This document shows, in pieces, positions 9,090-16,464 of a stretch of DNA of 43,835 bases (position 1 is its first letter; each line of letters starts with the position of its first letter). Position numbers and translations under genes: made by a program. The notes below the pieces were generated by a model. It made no database searches. It worked only from the letters and a program-made list of their open reading frames with translations, and had not been told where the DNA came from. The DNA lies in contig DATNLP010000413.1 of NCBI GenBank assembly GCA_035602795.1, forward strand, positions 1 to 43,835, in the 5' to 3' direction. Source of the stretch: Acidimicrobiales bacterium. GTDB taxonomy: Bacteria > Actinomycetota > Acidimicrobiia > Acidimicrobiales > RAAP-2.

Positions 9090-9320
9090 GTGATCTCTCC
9101 CTCGCACTCGCCGGACTCGAGTCACCGAGCCGCGTTTCGCCGTCTGAACATTACGAGAGACCATGCGAAGAAAACCGTCACCGAACTGGTCACTGACCTG
9201 CTCGTTCCGGAACCCGCAGTACGCCCCCCGAAATGCAACCTCAATATATCAACCGGTCGGTACAAAATGCAAGGCACTTCTCCGTCACCGGTAACGGCGT
9301 TTCTGCAAACGGCTACGCCG

Positions 9321-9338
9321 TAACCTGACATTTGTTCC
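9321..9338 (-). promoter_or_regulatory. Box A: TAACCTGACATTTGTTCC (minus strand reads GGAACAAATGTCAGGTTA), candidate operator
   Basis: Exact reverse complement of the 18-mer at 13217..13234. Lies in the 282-bp divergent region between the binding-protein gene and the tandem TetR gene, 34 nt upstream of the TetR ATG. Confidence 0.6.
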
Positions 9339-9371
9339 CAACAAAACGGTGCCTGGCTACGATGACGCGGG

Positions 9372-10616
9372 ATGCCGTCCGAAGGAGCCCGCCGGGAAGA
9401 GATACTTCAGACAGCGGGCACGCTCTTCGCATCCTCGGGCTTGCGGACCTCCCTCAACGAGATCGCCGACGCCTGCGGCATCCTCCCGGGCAGCCTCTAC
9501 CACCACTTCGAATCCAAAGAAGCGATCATCGTCGAGTTGGTGCAGCGCTACGAGGACGACCTCACGCGCATCGCCAAGGAAGCGCGCGACACCCTGCACG
9601 AGCCGACGCCCCGGTCGCTTGAAGCACGGGTGATCGAGTTCGGCCGCGCCATCGCCGCCGTCGGCCTCGAGCACCGGGCCGCACTCCTCCTCACGCTGTA
9701 CGAGCCGCCGGTGGGGGCGGGCCAGGAGTCCGGCCATGCCCTCAAGTCACCCCCGGCGATCCACCAAGCCATGCAGGAGATTCTGCAAGCCGGTCTCGCC
9801 AACGGCGACGTGCGGTCGGGGATCGATCTCTCTTTGCTCTCCGATCGAATGTGCCTCAGCATGCTGCACGTCGGCGTCGGCATCTCCCATCTCACGCCTG
9901 GGGGTGACGTCGTCCCGGACACGAGGATCCGCATCCTGCTGGACGGGCTGGCGGCCAAGCCTCCATCGAACGCCGCGCTCGACCGCTCGACCGCACTCAA
10001 GGCGGCCCAAGCTGCCATCGTCTCCTGGGGCGAAGAAGGTGCGGACGACGACGAGCGCCTCGTGCACCTGCGCGCGGTAGCGCGCACTGAGTTCGGACGG
10101 CGCGGGTACGAAGCGACCACCATGCGAGACATCGCGTCGGCCTCCGGCTTCAGCACCGGCACGGTCTATCGGTTGCTCGGCTCTAAGGACCAGTTGCTGA
10201 TCTCCGTCATGTCGTCGTACGTCGACAAGGTCAGCCGCGCATGGGATGCGGTCGTCCGCTCTGATTCGACGCCGCTCACCAAGATCGACGCATTGATGTG
10301 GGTCACCATCAACGTGCTCGACACCCTCAGCGAGGAGTTCAAGATCACGCTGGCCTGGCTGCGCCAGTCCCCGCCGAGCAGCGCCCCGGCGCTCGGGATG
10401 TCCTTCCCCGAACAATTGCGCCACGTCCGCACGCTTCTCACCACGGGGACGCGCGACGGAGTGATTCAGTTGGAAGGCGCGTCCGCCGAAATCAGGGCCC
10501 GCTGCGTCCTCGAAGCGATCTGGGGTGCCGGTTCCCACGTCACGGAACTCTCGCCAAAGGAATCTCACGCATTGGCCCGCGACACCGTGCTGCGCGGGGC
10601 GGCCACCCACGCTTGA
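9372..10616 (+). CDS. Tandem-duplicated TetR/AcrR family regulator (two HTH-plus-ligand modules in one 414-aa chain)
   Basis: HTH 1: REEILQTAGTLFASSGLRTSLNEIADACGILPGSLYHHFESKEAII. HTH 2 starts near residue 225: LRAVARTEFGRRGYEATTMRDIASASGFSTGTVYRLLGSKDQLL. The protein is about twice the normal TetR length. Confidence 0.85.
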   Translation: MPSEGARREEILQTAGTLFASSGLRTSLNEIADACGILPGSLYHHFESKEAIIVELVQRYEDDLTRIAKEARDTLHEPTPRSLEARVIEFGRAIAAVGLEHRAALLLTLYEPPVGAGQESGHALKSPPAIHQAMQEILQAGLANGDVRSGIDLSLLSDRMCLSMLHVGVGISHLTPGGDVVPDTRIRILLDGLAAKPPSNAALDRSTALKAAQAAIVSWGEEGADDDERLVHLRAVARTEFGRRGYEATTMRDIASASGFSTGTVYRLLGSKDQLLISVMSSYVDKVSRAWDAVVRSDSTPLTKIDALMWVTINVLDTLSEEFKITLAWLRQSPPSSAPALGMSFPEQLRHVRTLLTTGTRDGVIQLEGASAEIRARCVLEAIWGAGSHVTELSPKESHALARDTVLRGAATHA

Positions 10617-10653
10617 GCCCGAGCCCGCGCCCATCCAAGAAGGGTCCCACCGG

Positions 10654-12384
10654 GTGAGTGAGCCGAAGACACCCGGTCCGGAACGGCTGAAGCTGTTGGC
10701 CTCCGCCGTCGCGGGCCGACCGGTCACCGTGGCCGCTCTCCACCCACCCGGAACGGCTGCCTGGACGGATGGGACGACCGTCTTCGTCGATCCCGCGGCG
10801 GCGACGCGCGAGCAGGTCCGATACGTCGCAGTCCAGGCCGCACTCCTGTCCTCGGGCAGCCTCGACGCCGAATTCCTGAGCGCAATAGCACGTCGGCCGG
10901 CCCTCTGCCGGAGGTACCTGGCTGTGGAAGGTCACCGGGCCCTGGCCGCTCACCAGGACCTGCTCCCCCCGAGCGCACGGCTCTTGATCGATCGCCGGAT
11001 GGCAGCCCGCAGCGGGTCGCCGGCCCAATCCCTCGCCATCGCCATGAGCCGCGAGGTGGTTGCGGATGCTCCACACTCCTTCGGCACGATTCGACCCCGC
11101 CGGTTGCGCTCGGACTTGGGCAAGTCGGCGGAGACCAACGCAGCCGCCCAACACGTCCCGAGACAGACCGACGCCCATCTCCTACGAGAGCTCGACGACG
11201 AGGAGGACGATGGTGGCGCTCTCTTCGACACCGTCTCGAGCCCGGTCGGCGGGGGCGGCGGCATCGGCCGGCTCATCAAGAGGCTGATCGGCGACGCGCG
11301 CTCGGGCGATGGTGGTCCGCCCGGGGCGGACGCCGTCACGCATAGGTCTCGCCGTGGTGGCGGTCGGCCGGCCGCCGGCACCATGACGACAGCCATCACC
11401 TCCATCACGGACTCAATGGAGGACGCGGCCCATCGGGAATGGACCTACCCCGAGTGGGATCTGCACCGGCACCGCTACCGCCAGGACTGGTGCACGGTCA
11501 GCGAATCCGAGCCGGCGGCGGCCAAGCTCGCTCCGTTCGAACTCGCCGACACGCACTCGCTGCGCCGAGCACTGGCCCGGTTGGGCCGGGAGTGGCAACG
11601 GCGTCCGCGACAGCTACAGGGCATCGACATCGACATCGACGCCGCCGTGGCAGCGTACGTCGATGTGGTCGCAGGATCGCCTCCAGCTGAGGAGGTTTAC
11701 ATTGACATCCTGCGGCAGCGCCGCGATCTCGCCGTGCTGATCCTGCTCGACATCTCAGGGTCGGCTGGGGAGCCGAGCCCGTCGGGCGGCATGGTGCACG
11801 ACCATCAGCGGGCCGCCGCGGCGGCGCTCGTCCGGTCGATGCACGATCTGGGTGACCGCGTGGCCCTCTATTCCTTCTGCTCCCAGGGACGGACAGCGGT
11901 GCACGTGGTGCCGATGAAGCAGTTCCGCGAAAGCCTCGAGACCAGGGTGCTGCAGCGACTTGGCGGCACCTCTCCCGGGGCATATACCCGGCTCGGCGCG
12001 GCCATCCGCCATGGGTCGGCGGTGGTCGAGCGCGACGGCGGCACGACGAGGCGATTACTCGTCGTCCTATCGGACGGGTTCGCCTACGACCACGGCTACG
12101 AGGGCGCCTACGGAGAGGCCGACGCGCGGCGCGCGCTGGCGGAAGCCCGAAGAAGGGGAACGGCGTGCCTCTGCTTGAGCATGGGCGCTCCGACCGATAC
12201 GGAGGCGCTACGGAGGGTTTTCGGAACGGCCGCGCACGCCCGCGTTCCGCGGGTCGAGGACTTGCCGGCGATGGTCGGTCCACTGTTCGGGTTCGCCCTC
12301 AGGTCGGCGGAAGCCCAGCAGCGGACGTTCCAGCGCAAACTCCGGACAAAGGAGCGTCTCGAGGTCGAAAGGAGGACGGCATGA
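10654..12384 (+). CDS. vWA-domain protein, NorD/CbbO-like partner of a MoxR-class ATPase
   Basis: C-terminal vWA domain with MIDAS DxSxS (LILLDISGSAGE) and LLVVLSDG. Long helical N-terminal region. GTG at 10654 follows AAGAAGGG. ATGA overlap with the downstream AAA+ gene. Confidence 0.8.
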   Translation: MSEPKTPGPERLKLLASAVAGRPVTVAALHPPGTAAWTDGTTVFVDPAAATREQVRYVAVQAALLSSGSLDAEFLSAIARRPALCRRYLAVEGHRALAAHQDLLPPSARLLIDRRMAARSGSPAQSLAIAMSREVVADAPHSFGTIRPRRLRSDLGKSAETNAAAQHVPRQTDAHLLRELDDEEDDGGALFDTVSSPVGGGGGIGRLIKRLIGDARSGDGGPPGADAVTHRSRRGGGRPAAGTMTTAITSITDSMEDAAHREWTYPEWDLHRHRYRQDWCTVSESEPAAAKLAPFELADTHSLRRALARLGREWQRRPRQLQGIDIDIDAAVAAYVDVVAGSPPAEEVYIDILRQRRDLAVLILLDISGSAGEPSPSGGMVHDHQRAAAAALVRSMHDLGDRVALYSFCSQGRTAVHVVPMKQFRESLETRVLQRLGGTSPGAYTRLGAAIRHGSAVVERDGGTTRRLLVVLSDGFAYDHGYEGAYGEADARRALAEARRRGTACLCLSMGAPTDTEALRRVFGTAAHARVPRVEDLPAMVGPLFGFALRSAEAQQRTFQRKLRTKERLEVERRTA

Positions 12385-13190
12385 CTTCTGGACCCCGGCC
12401 CTACTACGTCCCGGTCGGAGATGAGGAGGCCGTCTTTGCGGCCGCGTTCCGCCAAAGCCTGTCGATCCTCCTGAAAGGGCCCACGGGCTGTGGCAAGACG
12501 CGTTTCGTCGAAGCCATGGCGTACGACCTGCAGCGTCCGCTCATCACAGTCGCCTGCCACGACGACTTGACGACGGCGGATCTGGTGGGCCGCTTCCTTC
12601 TGCGGGGCGGCGAGACCACCTGGGTCGACGGACCACTGACGCGAGCGGTCCGGGAGGGCGCCATCTGCTACCTCGACGAAATCGTCGAGGCGCGCCAGGA
12701 CACGACCGTGGTCCTCCATCCACTGACGGACCACCGCCGCCAGATGCCGATCGATCGCCTCGGCGTCACACTCGAGGCCGCACCGGGTTTCTGCCTCGTC
12801 GTGTCCTACAACCCGGGCTACCAGAGCGTCCTCAAGGATCTGAAGGACTCGACCCGACAGCGCATGATCGCCATCGAGCTCGATTTTCCGCCAGCCGACG
12901 TCGAGGAGAAGGTCGTGGCGCACGAGGCCGGCGTGGACCACCAGACGGCGTCACTCCTGGTGGGGCTCGGGCGGGCCATCCGGCGTCTCGAGAACGTCGG
13001 ACTGCGTGAGGTGGCCTCGACCCGACTGCTGGTTGCCGCGGGCCGGTTGGTCCAACAGGGCCTGGGCCTCCCTACGGCGGCGCGGGCGGCGGTCGCCGGG
13101 CCGCTCACGGACGATCCTGTGGTGACGGCGGGACTGATTCAGATGATCGACGCCTACTGCGAGGACCAACCCGCCGGGCCGGACGATTGA
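12381..13190 (+). CDS. AAA+ ATPase of the CbbQ/NirQ/NorQ/GvpN (MoxR) family
   Basis: SILLKGPTGCGKTRFVEAMA (Walker A), AICYLDEIVEA (Walker B), LVVSYNPGYQ, about 269 aa. This is the typical size and motif order for the family. Confidence 0.9.
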   Translation: MTSGPRPYYVPVGDEEAVFAAAFRQSLSILLKGPTGCGKTRFVEAMAYDLQRPLITVACHDDLTTADLVGRFLLRGGETTWVDGPLTRAVREGAICYLDEIVEARQDTTVVLHPLTDHRRQMPIDRLGVTLEAAPGFCLVVSYNPGYQSVLKDLKDSTRQRMIAIELDFPPADVEEKVVAHEAGVDHQTASLLVGLGRAIRRLENVGLREVASTRLLVAAGRLVQQGLGLPTAARAAVAGPLTDDPVVTAGLIQMIDAYCEDQPAGPDD

Positions 13191-13216
13191 CGCTGGTGGG
13201 CCTGGTCGCTAAGGTC

Positions 13217-13234
13217 GGAACAAATGTCAGGTTA
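13217..13234 (+). promoter_or_regulatory. Box B: GGAACAAATGTCAGGTTA, candidate operator
   Basis: Identical 18-mer to box A (opposite orientation). Lies 20 nt upstream of the GTG at 13254, in the 63-nt gap after the MoxR gene. Confidence 0.6.
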
Positions 13235-13253
13235 GCGCCGGGGCTGCGGGGCC

Positions 13254-14390
13254 GTGGTTGCTCGACAAGGGGGGCGCGTGTCCTACGTCAGTACCGCCGA
13301 ACCGATCAAGATCGGGTACCTGTTCGACTTCAAGCTCCCTGAGGGCTATCCCCAGGAGTCTCGCGACGACCTGGTGCTCCCCTTCGAGCTCGTCTTCAAG
13401 CAGGGCCTCGAGCAAGGGGTTCTCGACCGCCCGGTGGAGATCGTGTTCCGCGAGGTCGAAGGCCTACCCAAGGGCACCATAAAAGCCGTGATCGATGCCT
13501 ACGGCGAGCTGGTCGACGAGGGTTGCCTCGTCGTCTTCGGCCCGGCCATCACCGACAACTGCGTGCCGACCCGCGAGGCGATCGAGGAGCGCTTTCGCGT
13601 GCCGGCCATCAGCGTGACGGGCAGCGAGGAGTGGCTGGGCGAGTGGACGTTCGCCCTGTCCATGGGCTCGATGACCGACGAGCCCATCTTCTGGGCCGAC
13701 CTGCTCGTCAAGGACGGCCACCGCGAGGTCGGGCTCCTGATCGAGCGGTCACTGGTCGGTGACTCCTACGTGCGCAACTTCCGCAAGGCGTGTGCCGACC
13801 GCGACATACGGATCGTGGCGGAGGAATGGGTCCCCCAGACGGCTCAGGACATCAGCACGTCCGTGCGCAACCTGCACGAGGCCAAAGCCGAGGCGATTGT
13901 GCATTGCGGCTTCGGTTTCGGCATCGTCTTCGTCAACCCGACGCTGGCGGAAATGAACTGGAATCCTCCTCGATACATGGGCACGGCGTTCCAGAACGCC
14001 TGGATCAACCAACTGATGTGGGATGCCATCCGGGGCTACACGGGGCTGGACCAGTACGACGAGTCGAACCCGGTCGGGCAGGCCTTCCTCGACGAGTACA
14101 ACGTGGCCTATGGGCGTCGGCCGGAGTACTGCGTTCCCGTGGTCAACCGCGACATCGCGACCATTTTGCTGCTCGCCCTGGCGGACGCACATCCCCTCAC
14201 TCCGCGTGGGGTGAAGGAGGCCCTCGAGCGGGTGAAGATGGTCCCCGCCGCCTCCGGTGCTCCTGGGACCCGGCTTTCCTTCGGTAGGTGGACGCGCCGA
14301 GGCTGGATGGGCGCCGGCTATCTCGTGGCGCGCCAGCTGGATGAGGAGTTCGGCTCGTCGCACCTCGTCGGCCGCTTCGGGCAAGTCTGA
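13254..14390 (+). CDS. Type-I periplasmic-binding-protein-fold protein without a signal peptide (predicted cytoplasmic ligand-binding protein)
   Basis: IKIGYLFD...VVFGPAITDN...VGLLIERSLVGDSY...IVHCGFGFG follows the LivK/AmiC-type fold pattern. The N-terminus MVARQGGRVSYVSTAEP has no hydrophobic leader or lipobox. Confidence 0.8.
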   Translation: MVARQGGRVSYVSTAEPIKIGYLFDFKLPEGYPQESRDDLVLPFELVFKQGLEQGVLDRPVEIVFREVEGLPKGTIKAVIDAYGELVDEGCLVVFGPAITDNCVPTREAIEERFRVPAISVTGSEEWLGEWTFALSMGSMTDEPIFWADLLVKDGHREVGLLIERSLVGDSYVRNFRKACADRDIRIVAEEWVPQTAQDISTSVRNLHEAKAEAIVHCGFGFGIVFVNPTLAEMNWNPPRYMGTAFQNAWINQLMWDAIRGYTGLDQYDESNPVGQAFLDEYNVAYGRRPEYCVPVVNRDIATILLLALADAHPLTPRGVKEALERVKMVPAASGAPGTRLSFGRWTRRGWMGAGYLVARQLDEEFGSSHLVGRFGQV

Positions 14391-14393
14391 GCG

Positions 14394-15545
14394 GTGACGA
14401 CCCAGCTGGAGCGAGCGGAACAAGTCACTACCGACGAACCCTCTGCCGCGACGACGGCAACGAAGTCGACCCGCTCGGGCATCGCCTGGGGCTTGATCGG
14501 CTGCGCGGTGGCCCTGCTGCTCATCTTCATCGCGCACAATGCCCGCCGTGGCGCCGTCGTCGCACGCATCAAGAACGCTGCCGTGCAGGGCGCACCACGT
14601 CCGGTCAGGCCATTGTTCGGCTGGACCCACTGGTTGGGGTTCCTCCAGGTCAGCACGATCATCTCCATGGCGGTGATCGTGGTGGTCTTCGTCGTGCTGT
14701 GGCGGCGGCACCCGAAGCACCCGGTCTTGCTCATGGCGATCGCGTGCACCACGCTCGTCTGGCAGGACCCGATCATGAACTGGTCCCCGTACGCGGTGTA
14801 CAACCCGCAGCTATGGCACTGGCCCGAGTCCTGGCCGCTTGTCTCGCTCTCGCCGACGGTCGAACCCTTCGTCGTGATCGGCTACGTGATGTTCTACCTG
14901 GTCCCCGGATTGATCGGCATCTGGGCCCTCCAGCGCATCCAGCAGCGAAAGCCAGTCACGTCCTTTGTCTGGCGTCATCCGCTCGTCACCCTGGCCCTCC
15001 TGATCTACCCGATCGGATTCATTTACGACGCCATCCAGGAGATCATCCTCATCCGGACCGGCATGTACACCTACTCGCAGGTGATCCCGTTCGGGTCCGT
15101 CTTCGTCGGCAAGCAGTACCAGTTCCCCCTCATTTGGGAGTCGTCACTCGTGACCGCCGTCATGATCCCCGCCGGCGTGCTCCTCTACCGCGACGACACC
15201 GGCAAGACCGTGGCGGAGAAACTGGCCCAACGGGTGCGGTCGTTCCGCGGGCGTCCGGCGCTCGGCACCTTCGTCGTCATGGCCCTGATCCTCAACGCTT
15301 GCTACTTCTTCCTGTACGGCGGCGGGTTCGCCATCATCAAGGACACCGGCGTGGCCACCTCAGTCGCCTGCCCGTGGCCCTACCCCGAAGCGAAGGTCTA
15401 TGACCCACAGGGCTTCTACGAGAAAGCGGGAGCAACCGGGCCGTACTCCGTGGGAATCTGGAGCGGCTGGGAGATGGCGCAATCAGGTCGTCCGGACATC
15501 AGCCCGCCCGTTGGCGGAGGCCCCTGCAGCACGGCACACGGCTGA
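14394..15545 (+). CDS. Polytopic (about 7 TM) Trp-rich integral membrane protein, unknown function
   Basis: Hydrophobic segments include GIAWGLIGCAVALLLIFIA, ISMAVIVVVFVVLW, FVVIGYVMFYLVPGLIGIWAL and FVVMALILNACYFFLYGGGF. Starts 3 nt after the preceding stop. I have a weak recollection of resemblance to proteins annotated as AveC family, which I cannot verify here. Confidence 0.7.
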   Translation: MTTQLERAEQVTTDEPSAATTATKSTRSGIAWGLIGCAVALLLIFIAHNARRGAVVARIKNAAVQGAPRPVRPLFGWTHWLGFLQVSTIISMAVIVVVFVVLWRRHPKHPVLLMAIACTTLVWQDPIMNWSPYAVYNPQLWHWPESWPLVSLSPTVEPFVVIGYVMFYLVPGLIGIWALQRIQQRKPVTSFVWRHPLVTLALLIYPIGFIYDAIQEIILIRTGMYTYSQVIPFGSVFVGKQYQFPLIWESSLVTAVMIPAGVLLYRDDTGKTVAEKLAQRVRSFRGRPALGTFVVMALILNACYFFLYGGGFAIIKDTGVATSVACPWPYPEAKVYDPQGFYEKAGATGPYSVGIWSGWEMAQSGRPDISPPVGGGPCSTAHG

Positions 15546-15558
15546 CCTCGCCAGACGT

Positions 15559-16329
15559 TCAGGGATTCAGCTGACCGCTCGGGCGCACCACGATCTCGTG
15601 GATGCAGATCCCGTCCGGCCGGCTCATGACGAACGTGATGCAGTCGGCCAACTCTTCGGGTGCGGCCGGCACGCCCCCCTCGACGAAGAACGGGGTGTCG
15701 GTCGGTGGGATGTCGCCGTCCATGATGAGTCCCTCCATGGTGAGACCCTCGGTGTCGAACATCCCGGGCATGACGAGACTGACGTTGATGCCCTGGGGTG
15801 CCAGTTCGATGCGCAACGTATCGAAGGCCGCCTCTAGACCGCGCTTCGAGGCGGCGTAGATGCCGACGCCGGACATGGGCGTCAAGGCACCGGTCGATCC
15901 CACCAGGATGACGTCGCGCCGGCCCGCGCTCGAGAAGTGGGGCAAGGCGTAGCGGACCGTCGCCAGCGGACCGAGCAGGTTCAGTTCGATGAGCTCACGC
16001 CATCGCTGCGGGGTCCCGGTCGCCACCGTCCCGGTCATCATCGCCCCCGCCACCGAGACGACACCGTCGAGGTCGCCGAGCTGGCGAGCGGCGTCGGTGA
16101 CCCTCTCGTCCAGCGTCTCGAGGTCGGTCACGTCGCAGGCCACCCAGACGGCACGGTCCCCGAGTTCCTCGGCCAGCGCGCCGAGGCGCTCCTTCCGCCG
16201 GGCCAGCATGGCGACCGATCCGCCCTGGGCGACGATCGACCGGCAGGTGGCCGCCCCGATCCCACTCGATGCGCCAGTCACGAGGACGCGCCGGCCGCTC
16301 AGGTCAACGAGCACGCTCATGAACAACAC
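15559..16329 (-). CDS. Short-chain dehydrogenase/reductase (SDR)
   Basis: VLVTGASSGIGAAT (TGxxxGxG), NLLG, and YAASK (catalytic YxxxK). An alternative ATG start lies at 16320. Confidence 0.9.
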   Translation of the reverse strand: MLFMSVLVDLSGRRVLVTGASSGIGAATCRSIVAQGGSVAMLARRKERLGALAEELGDRAVWVACDVTDLETLDERVTDAARQLGDLDGVVSVAGAMMTGTVATGTPQRWRELIELNLLGPLATVRYALPHFSSAGRRDVILVGSTGALTPMSGVGIYAASKRGLEAAFDTLRIELAPQGINVSLVMPGMFDTEGLTMEGLIMDGDIPPTDTPFFVEGGVPAAPEELADCITFVMSRPDGICIHEIVVRPSGQLNP

Positions 16330-16434
16330 CCCTTTCTGACCTCCCCCTCGGGGACGGCGACGTTAGTTGCTCCGCCCCGACGGGCCACCGGGCGCAGGTT
16401 GACGGGACCGCAAAACCCCCAGTACCTTCCGTGT

Positions 16435-16451
16435 GAACAAATATTAGGTTA
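16435..16451 (+). promoter_or_regulatory. Box C: GAACAAATATTAGGTTA, candidate operator (2 mismatches to boxes A/B)
   Basis: Lies 14 nt upstream of the P450 GTG, in the divergent SDR/P450 intergenic region. The flank TCGCCGG also resembles the box B flank GCGCCGG. It contains a TANNNT-type hexamer, TAGGTT. Confidence 0.5.
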
Positions 16452-16464
16452 TCGCCGGAAGGTC

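Noticed and set aside
9230-9310. Three TGCAA pentamers (9234, 9268, 9304) spaced 34 and 36 nt apart, and two ACCGGT hexamers (9252, 9287), in the AT-richer 282-bp divergent region. These could be phased binding sites or a structured RNA.
   Set aside because: Short motifs at this frequency are expected by chance in about 280 nt. I could not derive a convincing secondary structure or an extended consensus by eye.
10654-13190. Annotating the vWA/MoxR pair as NorD/NorQ (denitrification) or CbbO/CbbQ (RuBisCO activase).
   Set aside because: No norB/norC, nirS/K or cbbL/S-like genes are in the window and the gene order is reversed. Only the family-level call is supported, and the client is unknown.
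14394-15545. Assigning the 7-TM protein to the AveC (spirocyclase) family.
   Set aside because: This rests only on a vague memory of similarly annotated actinobacterial membrane proteins. I cannot point to a diagnostic motif in the sequence, so it is left as unknown function.
15937-16464. N-terminal extensions of genes in the ORF track. These are 15937..16464 for the P450, 18755..19081 for the SDR, 40591..41181 for LacI, 1592..2527 for LivG, 12165..12380 for MoxR and 38336..38542 for the oxidoreductase.
   Set aside because: The extensions overlap neighbouring genes, are Arg/Pro-rich, and precede internal starts that give canonical family N-termini, often with a Shine-Dalgarno-like sequence.
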